Assembly: GCA_934120045.1 (NCBI GenBank)
Contig: CAKOTF010000006.1
Coordinates: forward strand, 20,156-84,155
DNA from: an uncultured Clostridia bacterium
GTDB lineage: Bacteria > Bacillota > Clostridia > TANB77 > CAG-508
DNA length: 64,000 nucleotides
Direction: 5' to 3'
The notes beneath the pieces are model-generated. The model worked only from the letters and a program-made list of their open reading frames with translations. It searched no databases and was not told the DNA's origin. The translations under genes and the position numbers were made by a program. This document shows positions 50,313-59,302 of the stretch, piece after piece. How positions within the stretch are numbered: the stretch's first letter is position 1; every line of letters begins with the position of its first letter.

Positions 50313-51314
50313 CTATTTTTTCTTCCTTTTCATAAAAAATCCCTTTACTATTCCTACAATAGTACCAATTCCATAAGAACAATGTAATATAAAGAAAATA
50401 AACGGTAATAGTAAATAGCTAATGCTAAATCCATTTTTTATTATTATTAATACAATATTTAATATATTAAATAGTAAATATGCCCCTGTTAATAAATATG
50501 CAAATATTGGAACATTTGCAATTGCCATTATTATTGAAAATATTATTCCTAATACAAAAACTAATGGTGCAAAATGATATATTGAAAAACATTTTGGACA
50601 ATAATGTAATGTTACTCCAATCCATTTTCCATTACCATATTTTTGTTTTATCATTCCCTTTAATGTATTTCTCGCATGATGATATGAAACAACATTAGGA
50701 GAAAGTAGAAATTTATATCCTTTTTGTCTCATTCTATAATGCATTTCATTATCTTCTGTTCTTGCTAAATTTTCGTTATATGGTCCGACTTCGTCAAATA
50801 CTTTTTTCCTATACATAGCATGTGCTAATGTACTTACATATTTTCTTTCATCAATTCTTCTATATTTTGCAATTCCTGCTCCAAATAGTGATTGTTCTGC
50901 TATTAGCAATGTTTTTTGCCACATTGAATTATCACTACAAACACTTATTCTATGTCCACCTACAATATTTTCACCATTATTTAATTCGTTTACATTTTCT
51001 GTTATAAAGTTTTCAGGAAATGTTGAATGTGCATCTACTCTTACTATTGCTTCTCCTGTTGCTTCTTTTAGTGCAACATTCCATCCACATGGCAAAATCT
51101 TTTGTGGATTGTTTAACACTATTATTCTATTAAAGTCTTTTTGACTCTCATCTTTAAATTTATTCATTATTTTTTTCGTATTATCTGTTGATGCACTGTC
51201 TACCAATATTACTTCTATATCTTTATGTGGATAATCTTGTTTTTTTAATGATTCTAAACTTTTATCCAAAAACTCTTCTGCATTATATGCTATTATTATA
51301 AAAGATACTAACAT
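50313..51314 (-). CDS. family 2 glycosyltransferase with C-terminal TM helices
   Basis: VSFIIIAYNAEEFLDKSLESL...VILVDSASTDNT; C-terminal hydrophobic helices. Confidence 0.8.
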   Translation of the reverse strand: MLVSFIIIAYNAEEFLDKSLESLKKQDYPHKDIEVILVDSASTDNTKKIMNKFKDESQKDFNRIIVLNNPQKILPCGWNVALKEATGEAIVRVDAHSTFPENFITENVNELNNGENIVGGHRISVCSDNSMWQKTLLIAEQSLFGAGIAKYRRIDERKYVSTLAHAMYRKKVFDEVGPYNENLARTEDNEMHYRMRQKGYKFLLSPNVVSYHHARNTLKGMIKQKYGNGKWIGVTLHYCPKCFSIYHFAPLVFVLGIIFSIIMAIANVPIFAYLLTGAYLLFNILNIVLIIIKNGFSISYLLLPFIFFILHCSYGIGTIVGIVKGFFMKRKKK

Positions 51315-51323
51315 CTATTTCTC

Positions 51324-52022
51324 CTATCTTAATACTCCTATTACTGTATCTATACAAATTTTCAAATCATGTAAAACAGAAAACTGTTTTAAATATTCTA
51401 AATTATATTTCATTTTGCCTGGTAAAACATCTTCAACATATGCCACATCTGTGTCTTTACCAGCCTTTACTGCTTTATCTAATATTTCATCTTCATCTTT
51501 ATATTTTATACTTGCTATTGATGTAACACCAGCAGGCATAAGTAATGTCGCCATCATTTCATCTGTATATTTGTCTACATATTTTTTTACTTCTGGTCTT
51601 GTTCCTACAAATGTCATCTCACCTTTTAAAATATTTATTAATTGTGGTATTTCATCAAGTCTAACTTTTCTAATTACTTTTCCTACTCTTGTTATTCTAG
51701 CATCATTTCCAACTGTTACTAATGCTCCTATTTTGTCTGCATTTTGTACCATTGTTCTAAACTTAAATATTCTAAATATTTTTCCATTTGTTGTAACTCT
51801 TTCTTGTCTATAAAATACTGGACCTTTAGAGTCTATTTTTATTAATATTGCTAATATTAATAAAATTGGTGAAAGTATTATTAATAAGACTAATGAAAAG
51901 AATATGTCAAATATTCTTTTCACTACTAAACTAATTTTCTTTTTTGATATTATATCATAATATTCTTTCACTTTATCATTTTTCATTTTTTCTGGTAATT
52001 TTTCATAATCTTTTAATATCAT
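51324..52022 (-). CDS. bacterial sugar transferase (second small priming phosphoglycosyl transferase, PglC/WcaJ-like)
   Basis: DEIPQLINILKGEMTFVGTRP. Confidence 0.85.
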   Translation of the reverse strand: MILKDYEKLPEKMKNDKVKEYYDIISKKKISLVVKRIFDIFFSLVLLIILSPILLILAILIKIDSKGPVFYRQERVTTNGKIFRIFKFRTMVQNADKIGALVTVGNDARITRVGKVIRKVRLDEIPQLINILKGEMTFVGTRPEVKKYVDKYTDEMMATLLMPAGVTSIASIKYKDEDEILDKAVKAGKDTDVAYVEDVLPGKMKYNLEYLKQFSVLHDLKICIDTVIGVLR

Positions 52023-52037
52023 TTTAAATTTTCCTTT

Positions 52038-53261
52038 TTATTTACCATATTCTTTTAAAATATCAACAAAATTTGTTATTACATATTTTGCCTCTTCATC
52101 TGTTAATAATGAATATAATGGTAATGTTATTTCACATTTATAATAATCAAATGCATTTGGGTAATTTTTTATATCAAATCCTAAATTTTTATATGCTGTA
52201 AGCATTGGTAATGGCTTATAATGTACATTTGTTGCAATTCCTCTTTCTGCCATTTTTATTATTATTTCATTTCTTGTTTTTTCATCAATTCCTTCTACTC
52301 TTGTTATAAATAGATGTCCTGATGATTTTGAATTTGTTTTTTCATCTTCATGATTTAATGTTTTTACTTGATGCCCTTTTAATGCATCTTCATATATTTT
52401 TATTATTTCATGTCTTCTTTCTACTAATTGTGGATATCTTTTTATTTGTGCTAATCCTATTCCTGCCATTATATCTGTCATATTACATTTGTAAGCTGGT
52501 TCTACTATATCATATTCCCATGCTCCTAATTGATTTTTATGTAATGCGTCTTTTGTTTGACCATGTAATGATAATAATTGATATCTTTTATAAATTGCTT
52601 CATTATCAAATTTATCATTTTTCTTCCATGTAACAGCTCCACCTTCTGCTGTTGTTAAATTCTTTACTGCATGGAATGAGAAACATGTAAAGTCTGCATA
52701 TTCTCCTGCCATTTTACCATTTCTCATTGCTCCAATAGCATGTGAACTATCTGCCATTATTACAATTCTTCCTAATTTTTCTTGTAATTCTGATGATGGT
52801 TTAAATATGTTTGCTTTTTTCTCTACTATTTTTTGTATTCTGTCATAATCACACATTACTCCACCAATATCTACTGGTATAATTACTTTTGTTTTTTCTG
52901 TTATTGCTTGTTCTAATTTGTCATAATCCATTTCGAAATTATCTTTTTGAATGTCTACTAATACTGGTGTTGCTCCAACATGGCATATTACACTACATGA
53001 TGCTGTATATGTATATGCTGATGTTATTACTTCATCACCAGGTCCAACTCCTAATACTCTTAATGTCATTTCCATTGCTGCTGTTGATGAATTTAAACAT
53101 ACTGTTTTTTCTGTTTTGCATAATTCTGTTATTTTTTGCTCAAATAATTTTGTTTTTGGTCCTGTTGTAATCCATCCTGATTTTATTGCATCTATAACTT
53201 CCTCAATTTCTGCTTCACCTACATCTGGTGGTGAAAATCTAATGTTCATTTTATTTTCCAT
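52038..53261 (-). CDS. DegT/DnrJ/EryC1/StrS-family PLP-dependent sugar aminotransferase (PglE-like)
   Basis: 407 aa. Conserved Lys in SFHAVKNLTTAEGGAV. Confidence 0.85.
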   Translation of the reverse strand: MENKMNIRFSPPDVGEAEIEEVIDAIKSGWITTGPKTKLFEQKITELCKTEKTVCLNSSTAAMEMTLRVLGVGPGDEVITSAYTYTASCSVICHVGATPVLVDIQKDNFEMDYDKLEQAITEKTKVIIPVDIGGVMCDYDRIQKIVEKKANIFKPSSELQEKLGRIVIMADSSHAIGAMRNGKMAGEYADFTCFSFHAVKNLTTAEGGAVTWKKNDKFDNEAIYKRYQLLSLHGQTKDALHKNQLGAWEYDIVEPAYKCNMTDIMAGIGLAQIKRYPQLVERRHEIIKIYEDALKGHQVKTLNHEDEKTNSKSSGHLFITRVEGIDEKTRNEIIIKMAERGIATNVHYKPLPMLTAYKNLGFDIKNYPNAFDYYKCEITLPLYSLLTDEEAKYVITNFVDILKEYGK

Positions 53262-53353
53262 ATTTCAACATTCCTTCCTTCATTACAATTTCTTATTTAT
53301 AATGAATAAATTCTAATTATTGATTTAATTAGAATTTATTCAATTATTGGCAT

Positions 53354-55318
53354 TTAAGTATTTGCTGTTGCTTCTACTTTTTGATTGTTGTCATTTGTTG
53401 TCGTTTTTGATATTTCAACATTTTCTTTTTTCTCATTAACTATCTTATTGTTAACTTCATCAGGCTCTTTATATGTTGGAACAACTTGTTTCATTACTTG
53501 TTTTACTTCTTCTTCAAGATTCATATCATTATCTTTTATTTTGCTTAGTTTGTTTAATTTATCTTCTAATTCTTCCATTCCTAAGTTCATTGGTTGTGAT
53601 ACAAAGATTTTATTATGTTTTGTTGCTGTTAATCCTTCTTCTGCCATTAATAATTCTTCATATAATTTTTCTCCTTCTCTTAGTCCTGTAAATTGAATTG
53701 GAATATCTACTCCTGGCTCATATCCAGATAATTTTATTAGGCTTACTGCTAAATCATAAATTTTTACTGGTTTTCCCATATCTAATACAAATATTTCTCC
53801 ACCTTCTGCATATGTTATTGCTTGTAATATTAATCCAACTGCTTCTGGTATTGTCATAAAAAATCTTGTTATATCTTTATGTGTTACTGTTACAGGTCCA
53901 CCTTCTGCTATTTGTTTTTTGAATAATGGTATTACTGATCCATTGCTTCCTAATACATTTCCAAATCTTACTGCAACATAGTCTGTTTTACTTACTTTAT
54001 TTTTTGCTTGTATTATCATTTCACAAACTCTTTTTGATGCTCCCATTATATTTGTTGGGTTTACTGCTTTGTCTGTTGATATTAATACAAATCTTTCTAC
54101 TCCAAATTCATCTGCACAATTTGCTACATTATATGTTCCAAATATATTGTTTTTTATTGCTTCTAATGGGCTATTTTCCATTAATGGTACATGTTTATGT
54201 GCTGCTGCATGAAATACTAGTTTTGGTGAATATTTTTCAAAAACTTTTCTTAGTCTTTCTTTATCCCTTACACTTCCAACTATTGCTTCTATTTTTGTTT
54301 TTGGATAATGTGCATCTAATTCCATTTGAATGTCATATAAATTATTTTCATATATGTCAAATATTATTAATTTTGCTGGATTGTATTTCATTATTTGTCT
54401 ACAAAGTTCAGATCCTATTGATCCTCCTCCACCTGTGACTAATACATTTTTTCCTTTTATTAGGTCTGTGATGTTTTTGTTATCAAGTTTTATTGTATCT
54501 CTTCCAAGTAAGTCTTCTATTTCTACATCTCTTAAGTTGTTCATTACTCCGCCTTTTTTCATCATTTCTTCTGTACTTGGTAATACTCTTGTTCTTACTC
54601 CTGTCGTTTGACATATTTCTATTATATTTTTTCTTGATCTTTGTGTTATATTATCTATTGCTAAATAAATAATGTTTACATTTTTTTCTTTTACTATATC
54701 TGGAATGTCATATCTTGTTCCTAATACTGTTACACCTAATATGCTTTTATTTAATTTATTCTTGTTGTCATCAACCATTCCTACAATATTATACTTATCT
54801 TTCATTGTATTGTTAACTGCTAAAATTATTTCTTTAGCTCCCATTCCAGCTCCAATTATTAATAAGTTTTCTTTTTTATTTGGATCTTTTTCTTCATTTT
54901 TAGGTCTTTTTACATTTGACATTCTTGATAAAATTGATCTTCCTGCAATTCTATATAATACAAATATTCCTGATATGAATATTCCTGATAATATGTTTAT
55001 TCTTGCTCCAAAATATTCGAATTCTAGCATATTACTTATTACAATCATTAATATTGTTGATAAAAATCCACTTATGAGATATTTTATATAATCTTCTCCT
55101 ATTTCATATCTTATCATATCTCTATACATTTGAAAAACATTTAAAAACACTTCATACACTAATACTGCTATACACATTTCTTTGGTAAATTCTACCAAGT
55201 CTGTTATATGTGTATCTAAAAATAGTAATGATGTTACATAGCTTCCAATTACTATTATTACATCTATTAATACTAGTGCTAAATGTCTGTATTTTTTTGC
55301 TAAATTTACAAGTTTCAT
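53354..55318 (-). CDS. membrane-bound UDP-sugar 4,6-dehydratase CapD/PglF family
   Basis: 654 aa. Four N-terminal TM helices. Rossmann motif VLVTGGGGSIGSELCRQI. SDR catalytic region. Confidence 0.85.
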   Translation of the reverse strand: MKLVNLAKKYRHLALVLIDVIIVIGSYVTSLLFLDTHITDLVEFTKEMCIAVLVYEVFLNVFQMYRDMIRYEIGEDYIKYLISGFLSTILMIVISNMLEFEYFGARINILSGIFISGIFVLYRIAGRSILSRMSNVKRPKNEEKDPNKKENLLIIGAGMGAKEIILAVNNTMKDKYNIVGMVDDNKNKLNKSILGVTVLGTRYDIPDIVKEKNVNIIYLAIDNITQRSRKNIIEICQTTGVRTRVLPSTEEMMKKGGVMNNLRDVEIEDLLGRDTIKLDNKNITDLIKGKNVLVTGGGGSIGSELCRQIMKYNPAKLIIFDIYENNLYDIQMELDAHYPKTKIEAIVGSVRDKERLRKVFEKYSPKLVFHAAAHKHVPLMENSPLEAIKNNIFGTYNVANCADEFGVERFVLISTDKAVNPTNIMGASKRVCEMIIQAKNKVSKTDYVAVRFGNVLGSNGSVIPLFKKQIAEGGPVTVTHKDITRFFMTIPEAVGLILQAITYAEGGEIFVLDMGKPVKIYDLAVSLIKLSGYEPGVDIPIQFTGLREGEKLYEELLMAEEGLTATKHNKIFVSQPMNLGMEELEDKLNKLSKIKDNDMNLEEEVKQVMKQVVPTYKEPDEVNNKIVNEKKENVEISKTTTNDNNQKVEATANT

Positions 55319-55553
55319 AACTTCCCCCTATTCGACATTTTTTTATCTTTTCATACTATATCACTTATCGTTTTATTTGACAAGATTTTTCATGCATTTT
55401 TTTTTGGTAATTTATGCTTAGCCAATTTTTTTTAAATTGAATAACTTTATTTATAATATTTTTATGCTGTGGTAATCTTATCACAAGTTATTCATAATTT
55501 TTTTATACTGGGGTTGAATATTTTTATTTGTTACTGTATAATATATGTTATAT

Positions 55554-55903
55554 GGGGATGTAATGGTTTCGACATTATATCTGAAGCATGAATAGCGAGT
55601 AGTGGATTCTCGTTTGCCACTATAAAAACGGGAAATTAAATATAAACGCTGATAATACAGAATTAGCATACGCTGCTTAGTTGCAACGTCGCCTCTAAAA
55701 GTATCCCCACATATTTTTAGTTGGTGTCATTTAGTGGGAAACAAAGCTATTTTTTCTATGGAAATAGTGGGTATTTAATAGATATATTTTTTAATCGCTT
55801 GTTTGTTTGTGGTTATTAGATGAATATTAAAAATAAACTGCACTCGGAGAAGTTTGTGTGAATCTTATAGTGGACAGGGGTTCGACTCCCCTCATCTCCA
55901 CCA
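55554..55903 (+). ncRNA. ssrA: tmRNA (ssrA)
   Basis: 5' end GGGGATGTAATGGTTTCGAC; 3' end GGACAGGGGTTCGACTCCCCTCATCTCCACCA (tRNA-like T-arm + CCA). Internal tag reading frame 55648-55680 encodes approximately ADNTELAYAA-stop. Upstream are TTGAAT, 17 nt, TATAAT promoter-like elements. Confidence 0.9.
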
Positions 55904-55937
55904 AAAAATCAAATCGTCGCACTAGACGAAAACGAAG

Positions 55938-55967
55938 AAATCAACTGTAAAAAGTTGATTTTTTTCC
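55938..55967 (+). terminator. rho-independent terminator after ssrA
   Basis: aaATCAACtgtaaaaaGTTGATttttttt. Confidence 0.65.
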
Positions 55968-56086
55968 ATTTTGGCTATATTCATTATATTGTGCCATATT
56001 AAATATATTTAACAGATTTTCTGACATTTTATTGCAAATTCATCTAATTAATAGTATAATACTCAAAAAATAATAGGAGAAATATT

Positions 56087-56716
56087 ATGTTTATATTATA
56101 TTTAGATGAAAGTGGTAATACAGGAACAGATTATGATAATCCTACTCAAAAAATTTTTACACTAGCAGGACTAGCTTTAAACGATAAAGATTGGTATGAC
56201 TTAAATTATAAAATTCAAAGAGAAAAGGAAATGATAAGTCCAGACTTAGTAAATTATGAAATACACACTAATGATATTTTTCAATCCTCAAGGAATATTG
56301 CAAAAGGATATGATTTTAGAAAAAATACTATTGAATATAACTTGAATATGTTAGAAAAACTAGTAGATTTAGTTGTTGATTTAAATCTGCCTATTTTTTG
56401 TGTTGTTATTGATAAACAAAAATTCAAAAAATTCATAACAAAAGTTCATGGTTCATCAATAAAAATAGACCCATACTTATATGCTTTTTCATTTCTTTCT
56501 ATAGAATATAATAATTTTCTAATTCAAAATAACTCTAATGGAATGATTTTAGTGGATGAAAATAATAATATAGTTGATTCTCTTGAAAAAGTTTACTCAA
56601 AATTAATAGGTGATAATTTTGAGGGCGATACGAATAATATAATTGAAAATGTACTTTTTCTTGAATCAAAAAAAATAATTTTATTCAACTTGCTGATTTA
56701 TGTAATTTTTATATAA
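56087..56716 (+). CDS. DUF3800 domain protein; frame breaks at an A8 tract (56668-56675) and continues in another frame to about 56865
   Basis: N-terminus MFILYLDESGNTG is the DUF3800 signature. After the A8 run the alternative frame encodes FIQLADLCNFYINKYC..., the conserved DUF3800 C-terminal motif. Confidence 0.7.
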   Translation: MFILYLDESGNTGTDYDNPTQKIFTLAGLALNDKDWYDLNYKIQREKEMISPDLVNYEIHTNDIFQSSRNIAKGYDFRKNTIEYNLNMLEKLVDLVVDLNLPIFCVVIDKQKFKKFITKVHGSSIKIDPYLYAFSFLSIEYNNFLIQNNSNGMILVDENNNIVDSLEKVYSKLIGDNFEGDTNNIIENVLFLESKKIILFNLLIYVIFI

Positions 56717-57157
56717 ACAAATACTGTTCCATCAACTGGTTTGGAAATTTAAACAATGATATTAAAAATCAGCATTGCTTAAAAATGTTTGAAAAATTGA
56801 AACCATTAATAAAAAATTGTAAAAATTTTAATTTTATAGATAATATCAATAAATTTTGGATATAAAAAAGAGCAATCGGCGATTTTAAGGAGCTTAATAT
56901 AGATAAACTCACTGCCGACTGCTATATAAAAACTATAAAATAGCTTTATAAACATATTATATGTAATTATTATTATAATTATTAATAGAAATATTGTCAA
57001 CATTTGCAATCAAAATTTAATATTTCTGTTATAAAATTGTAACATTCTTCTTTACATTTGTCAATATTATAACATATTTTTTATGTGATTTCAAGTTTCA
57101 AAAATACTTAGTTTTTGTCAATATTCAACATCGTTTTCCGTTTATTCATTAAATCCC

Positions 57158-57186
57158 TTGCATTTTCTTGAAAACCATTATATAAT
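57158..57186 (+). promoter_or_regulatory. sigma-A-like promoter TTGCAT, 17 nt, TATAAT
   Basis: ttgcat tttcttgaaaaccatta tataat. It lies about 110 nt upstream of the small membrane protein gene. Confidence 0.4.
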
Positions 57187-57295
57187 ACTATGCATGTGAA
57201 CCAAGTTTTCACTAATTAGTAAGAGGTTTTCCTCTAACTTTTTAGTTTTACATATATAACCATTTACATCAATAAAAGTTATAAGGAGGAAAATT

Positions 57296-57562
57296 ATGTT
57301 TGAAGCTTTTGGTACCATGTTTACGTTCTTAACCGTATTCTCAATGATTGTCTTTGGAATTACACTTTTATGTCAAAGATTTTATCCAAAGTCAAACTGG
57401 AAAGCTGCTCGGCTACTTTCAAATGCTTTTTTGATTTTTAGTACAATAGTTTTCTTGGCAACTGACTATTTTTCTAACCAACCAGTTAAATCTATTACTT
57501 TAGATCTTCTTCTTTTGGTAAGTGGAATTATTATTTTTATATGTAGCTATTGGGCGCGATAA
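57296..57562 (+). CDS. small hypothetical membrane protein (3 TM)
   Basis: 88 aa. A strong RBS AAGGAGGA sits 7 nt upstream of the ATG. Confidence 0.6.
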   Translation: MFEAFGTMFTFLTVFSMIVFGITLLCQRFYPKSNWKAARLLSNAFLIFSTIVFLATDYFSNQPVKSITLDLLLLVSGIIIFICSYWAR

Positions 57563-57627
57563 GATAGGAGAAAATCAATAAAGAACAAGGCAATGTAATC
57601 ACACTTTGTTCTTGTATAATTTGAAAA

Positions 57628-57668
57628 AGAAAAGATGAAGTTGACAAATGTCAGCTTCATTTTTTTCT
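57628..57668. terminator. bidirectional rho-independent terminator (ATGAAGTTGACA..TGTCAGCTTCAT flanked by an A-run and a T-run)
   Basis: 12-bp stem with one G-U pair. T7 on the plus side and A/G-rich on the other side. It lies between convergent genes. Confidence 0.6.
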
Positions 57669-57670
57669 TT

Positions 57671-58132
57671 TTAATATATTGTTCCATTATTTTTACTATA
57701 TTCATTAAATGCTTCTATACATTCATCTCTATCCATTTGTTTTAAATTTATTAAATCTTTATTTTTTCCTTCAAGATATTTATAAATTATATCATCTCTA
57801 AATCCAATATTTCCAGCATCTTCTTTAGTACATCCATAATATACTTCTTTTATATTTGACCAGATTATTGCTGATAAACACATTGGACATGGTTCACATG
57901 ATGTATATAAAATATAATTTGATAAATCATATGTTTTTAATTTTTTACAAGCTTCTCTTATTGTTGTTACTTCAGCATGTGCTGTTGGGTCTAAATCACA
58001 TAAAACTCTATTATTTCCTTCTGCGATTACATTTCCTTCTTTATCTACTATTACTGCTCCAAATGGTCCACCTTCATGATTTCTGCATCCATTTATTGAT
58101 CTTTCTTTTGCTATTTTCATAAATTTATTCAT
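57671..58132 (-). CDS. tadA: tRNA-specific adenosine deaminase (cytidine/deoxycytidylate deaminase fold)
   Basis: HAEVTTIREAC and CEPCPMCLSAI zinc-binding motifs. The ORF track start at 58201 adds 23 aa without an RBS. The ATG at 58132 (MNKFMKIAKE) has AAAGGAAAG upstream, giving a typical ~152 aa TadA. Confidence 0.8.
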   Translation of the reverse strand: MNKFMKIAKERSINGCRNHEGGPFGAVIVDKEGNVIAEGNNRVLCDLDPTAHAEVTTIREACKKLKTYDLSNYILYTSCEPCPMCLSAIIWSNIKEVYYGCTKEDAGNIGFRDDIIYKYLEGKNKDLINLKQMDRDECIEAFNEYSKNNGTIY

Positions 58133-58252
58133 ATTTTTTCTTTCCTTTCTTTTGGTTGAAGTTTTCATTATTTTTATATCATATTTTTGCTTATTTGTCA
58201 CTAAATTTATTTGTATTCATATTATAAGTATATATATTAGAATGGGGGTTTT

Positions 58253-58819
58253 ATGAATTATTTTAGACAAGATTCTATTATTTCTACAAATGTTAATTAT
58301 AGTTACAATGTTTTTATTAAGGATTTGCACAAATTGACAAGTTTATATCCATTTATTTCTGTTGGCAGTATTGGAAAATCTATTATGGGAAAGGATATTC
58401 CTTTTATAAAAATCGGTAATGGTTCTAATGAAGTTTTTTATTCTGCTTCATATCATGCAAACGAATGGATCACAAGCATTGTTTTAATGAAGTTTCTAGC
58501 TGATTATTGTTATTGCTATTCTAATAATTTAACTATTTTTGGATATCCTGCTCGTTGGCTTTTTAATGTTTCTACTATTTATCTTGTTCCTATGGTTAAT
58601 CCTGATGGTGTTGATTTGGTTACAGGTACTCTTCCTACAAGTTCTCCATCATATACTCAAGCTTCAAAAATTGCTTATGGCTTTGCTACTATTCCTTTTC
58701 CAAATGGCTGGAAAGCAAACATTAGAGGTGTGGATTTAAACTTACAATTTCCAGCTGGTTGGCAACAAGCACGTGCAATAAAATATTTGCAAGGTTTTAC
58801 TCGGTCCAGCTCCTCGTGA
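58253..58819 (+). CDS. M14-family zinc carboxypeptidase (gamma-D-glutamyl-diamino acid peptidase-like), 5' portion; frameshifted at about 58803, gene continues to 59189
   Basis: Zinc ligands SYHANEWIT (HxxE). After a 1-nt shift the reading frame continues GFTGPAPRDFVGYGPLTEPESLAVYNF...AYHSQGEVIYWQF..., the conserved M14 core. Confidence 0.7.
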   Translation: MNYFRQDSIISTNVNYSYNVFIKDLHKLTSLYPFISVGSIGKSIMGKDIPFIKIGNGSNEVFYSASYHANEWITSIVLMKFLADYCYCYSNNLTIFGYPARWLFNVSTIYLVPMVNPDGVDLVTGTLPTSSPSYTQASKIAYGFATIPFPNGWKANIRGVDLNLQFPAGWQQARAIKYLQGFTRSSSS

Positions 58820-59302
58820 TTTCGTCGGATATGGTCCTCTTACAGAACCAGAATCACTTGCAGTTTATAATTTTACTCTTCAACATAATTTTAGGCTTAT
58901 TCTTGCATATCATTCTCAAGGTGAAGTAATTTATTGGCAATTTCAGAATTATACTCCTCCTTATAGTTTTGAAATTGGAACTCAATTTGCTAATGTTAGT
59001 GGGTATTCTTTAGAATCAACTCCTTATAATTCTAGCTTTGCTGGTTATAAAGATTGGTTTATTCAAAATTATAATAGACCTGGATATACTATTGAAGTTG
59101 GTCTTGGTACTAGTCCACTTCCTCTTTCTCAATTTGATAAAATCTATTCAGATAATTTGGGTATTTTAGTTTTAGGTTCAATTATATAAAAAAGCGAGTC
59201 TAAGATTTTCTATCAAATGAAAATTTTAAGAAAATCTAAGACTCGCCATATTTATCTAGTACAGAAAGTTCTCCTACAAGGAGAACTTTCCTACTATATA
59301 AA

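Noticed and set aside
134-54611. Numerous 60-170 aa plus-strand ORFs in the six-frame track (for example 134-343, 1342-1596, 10929-11372, 53926-54438)
   Set aside because: All lie antisense inside well-supported minus-strand genes. They are L/F/I-rich low-complexity translations typical of AT-rich shadow ORFs and have no RBS.
55481-55669. 62-aa minus-strand ORF
   Set aside because: It overlaps the tmRNA gene on the opposite strand. It is spurious.
56806-57009. 67-aa minus-strand ORF in the ssrA-tadA interval
   Set aside because: No RBS and low-complexity composition. It overlaps the repeat array and is probably non-coding.
55904-57670. Direct repeat of the tmRNA 3' end (attL/attR-like) delimiting an island
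   Set aside because: Scanning by eye for TCATCTCCACCA or partial copies between 55.9 and 57.7 kb found none. It may need a computational search.
57671-58201. Link between the 'tadA' deaminase and the Tad pilus ATPase
   Set aside because: The shared name is a coincidence. 57671-58132 is a CDA-fold tRNA adenosine deaminase, unrelated to the CpaF/TadA secretion ATPase.
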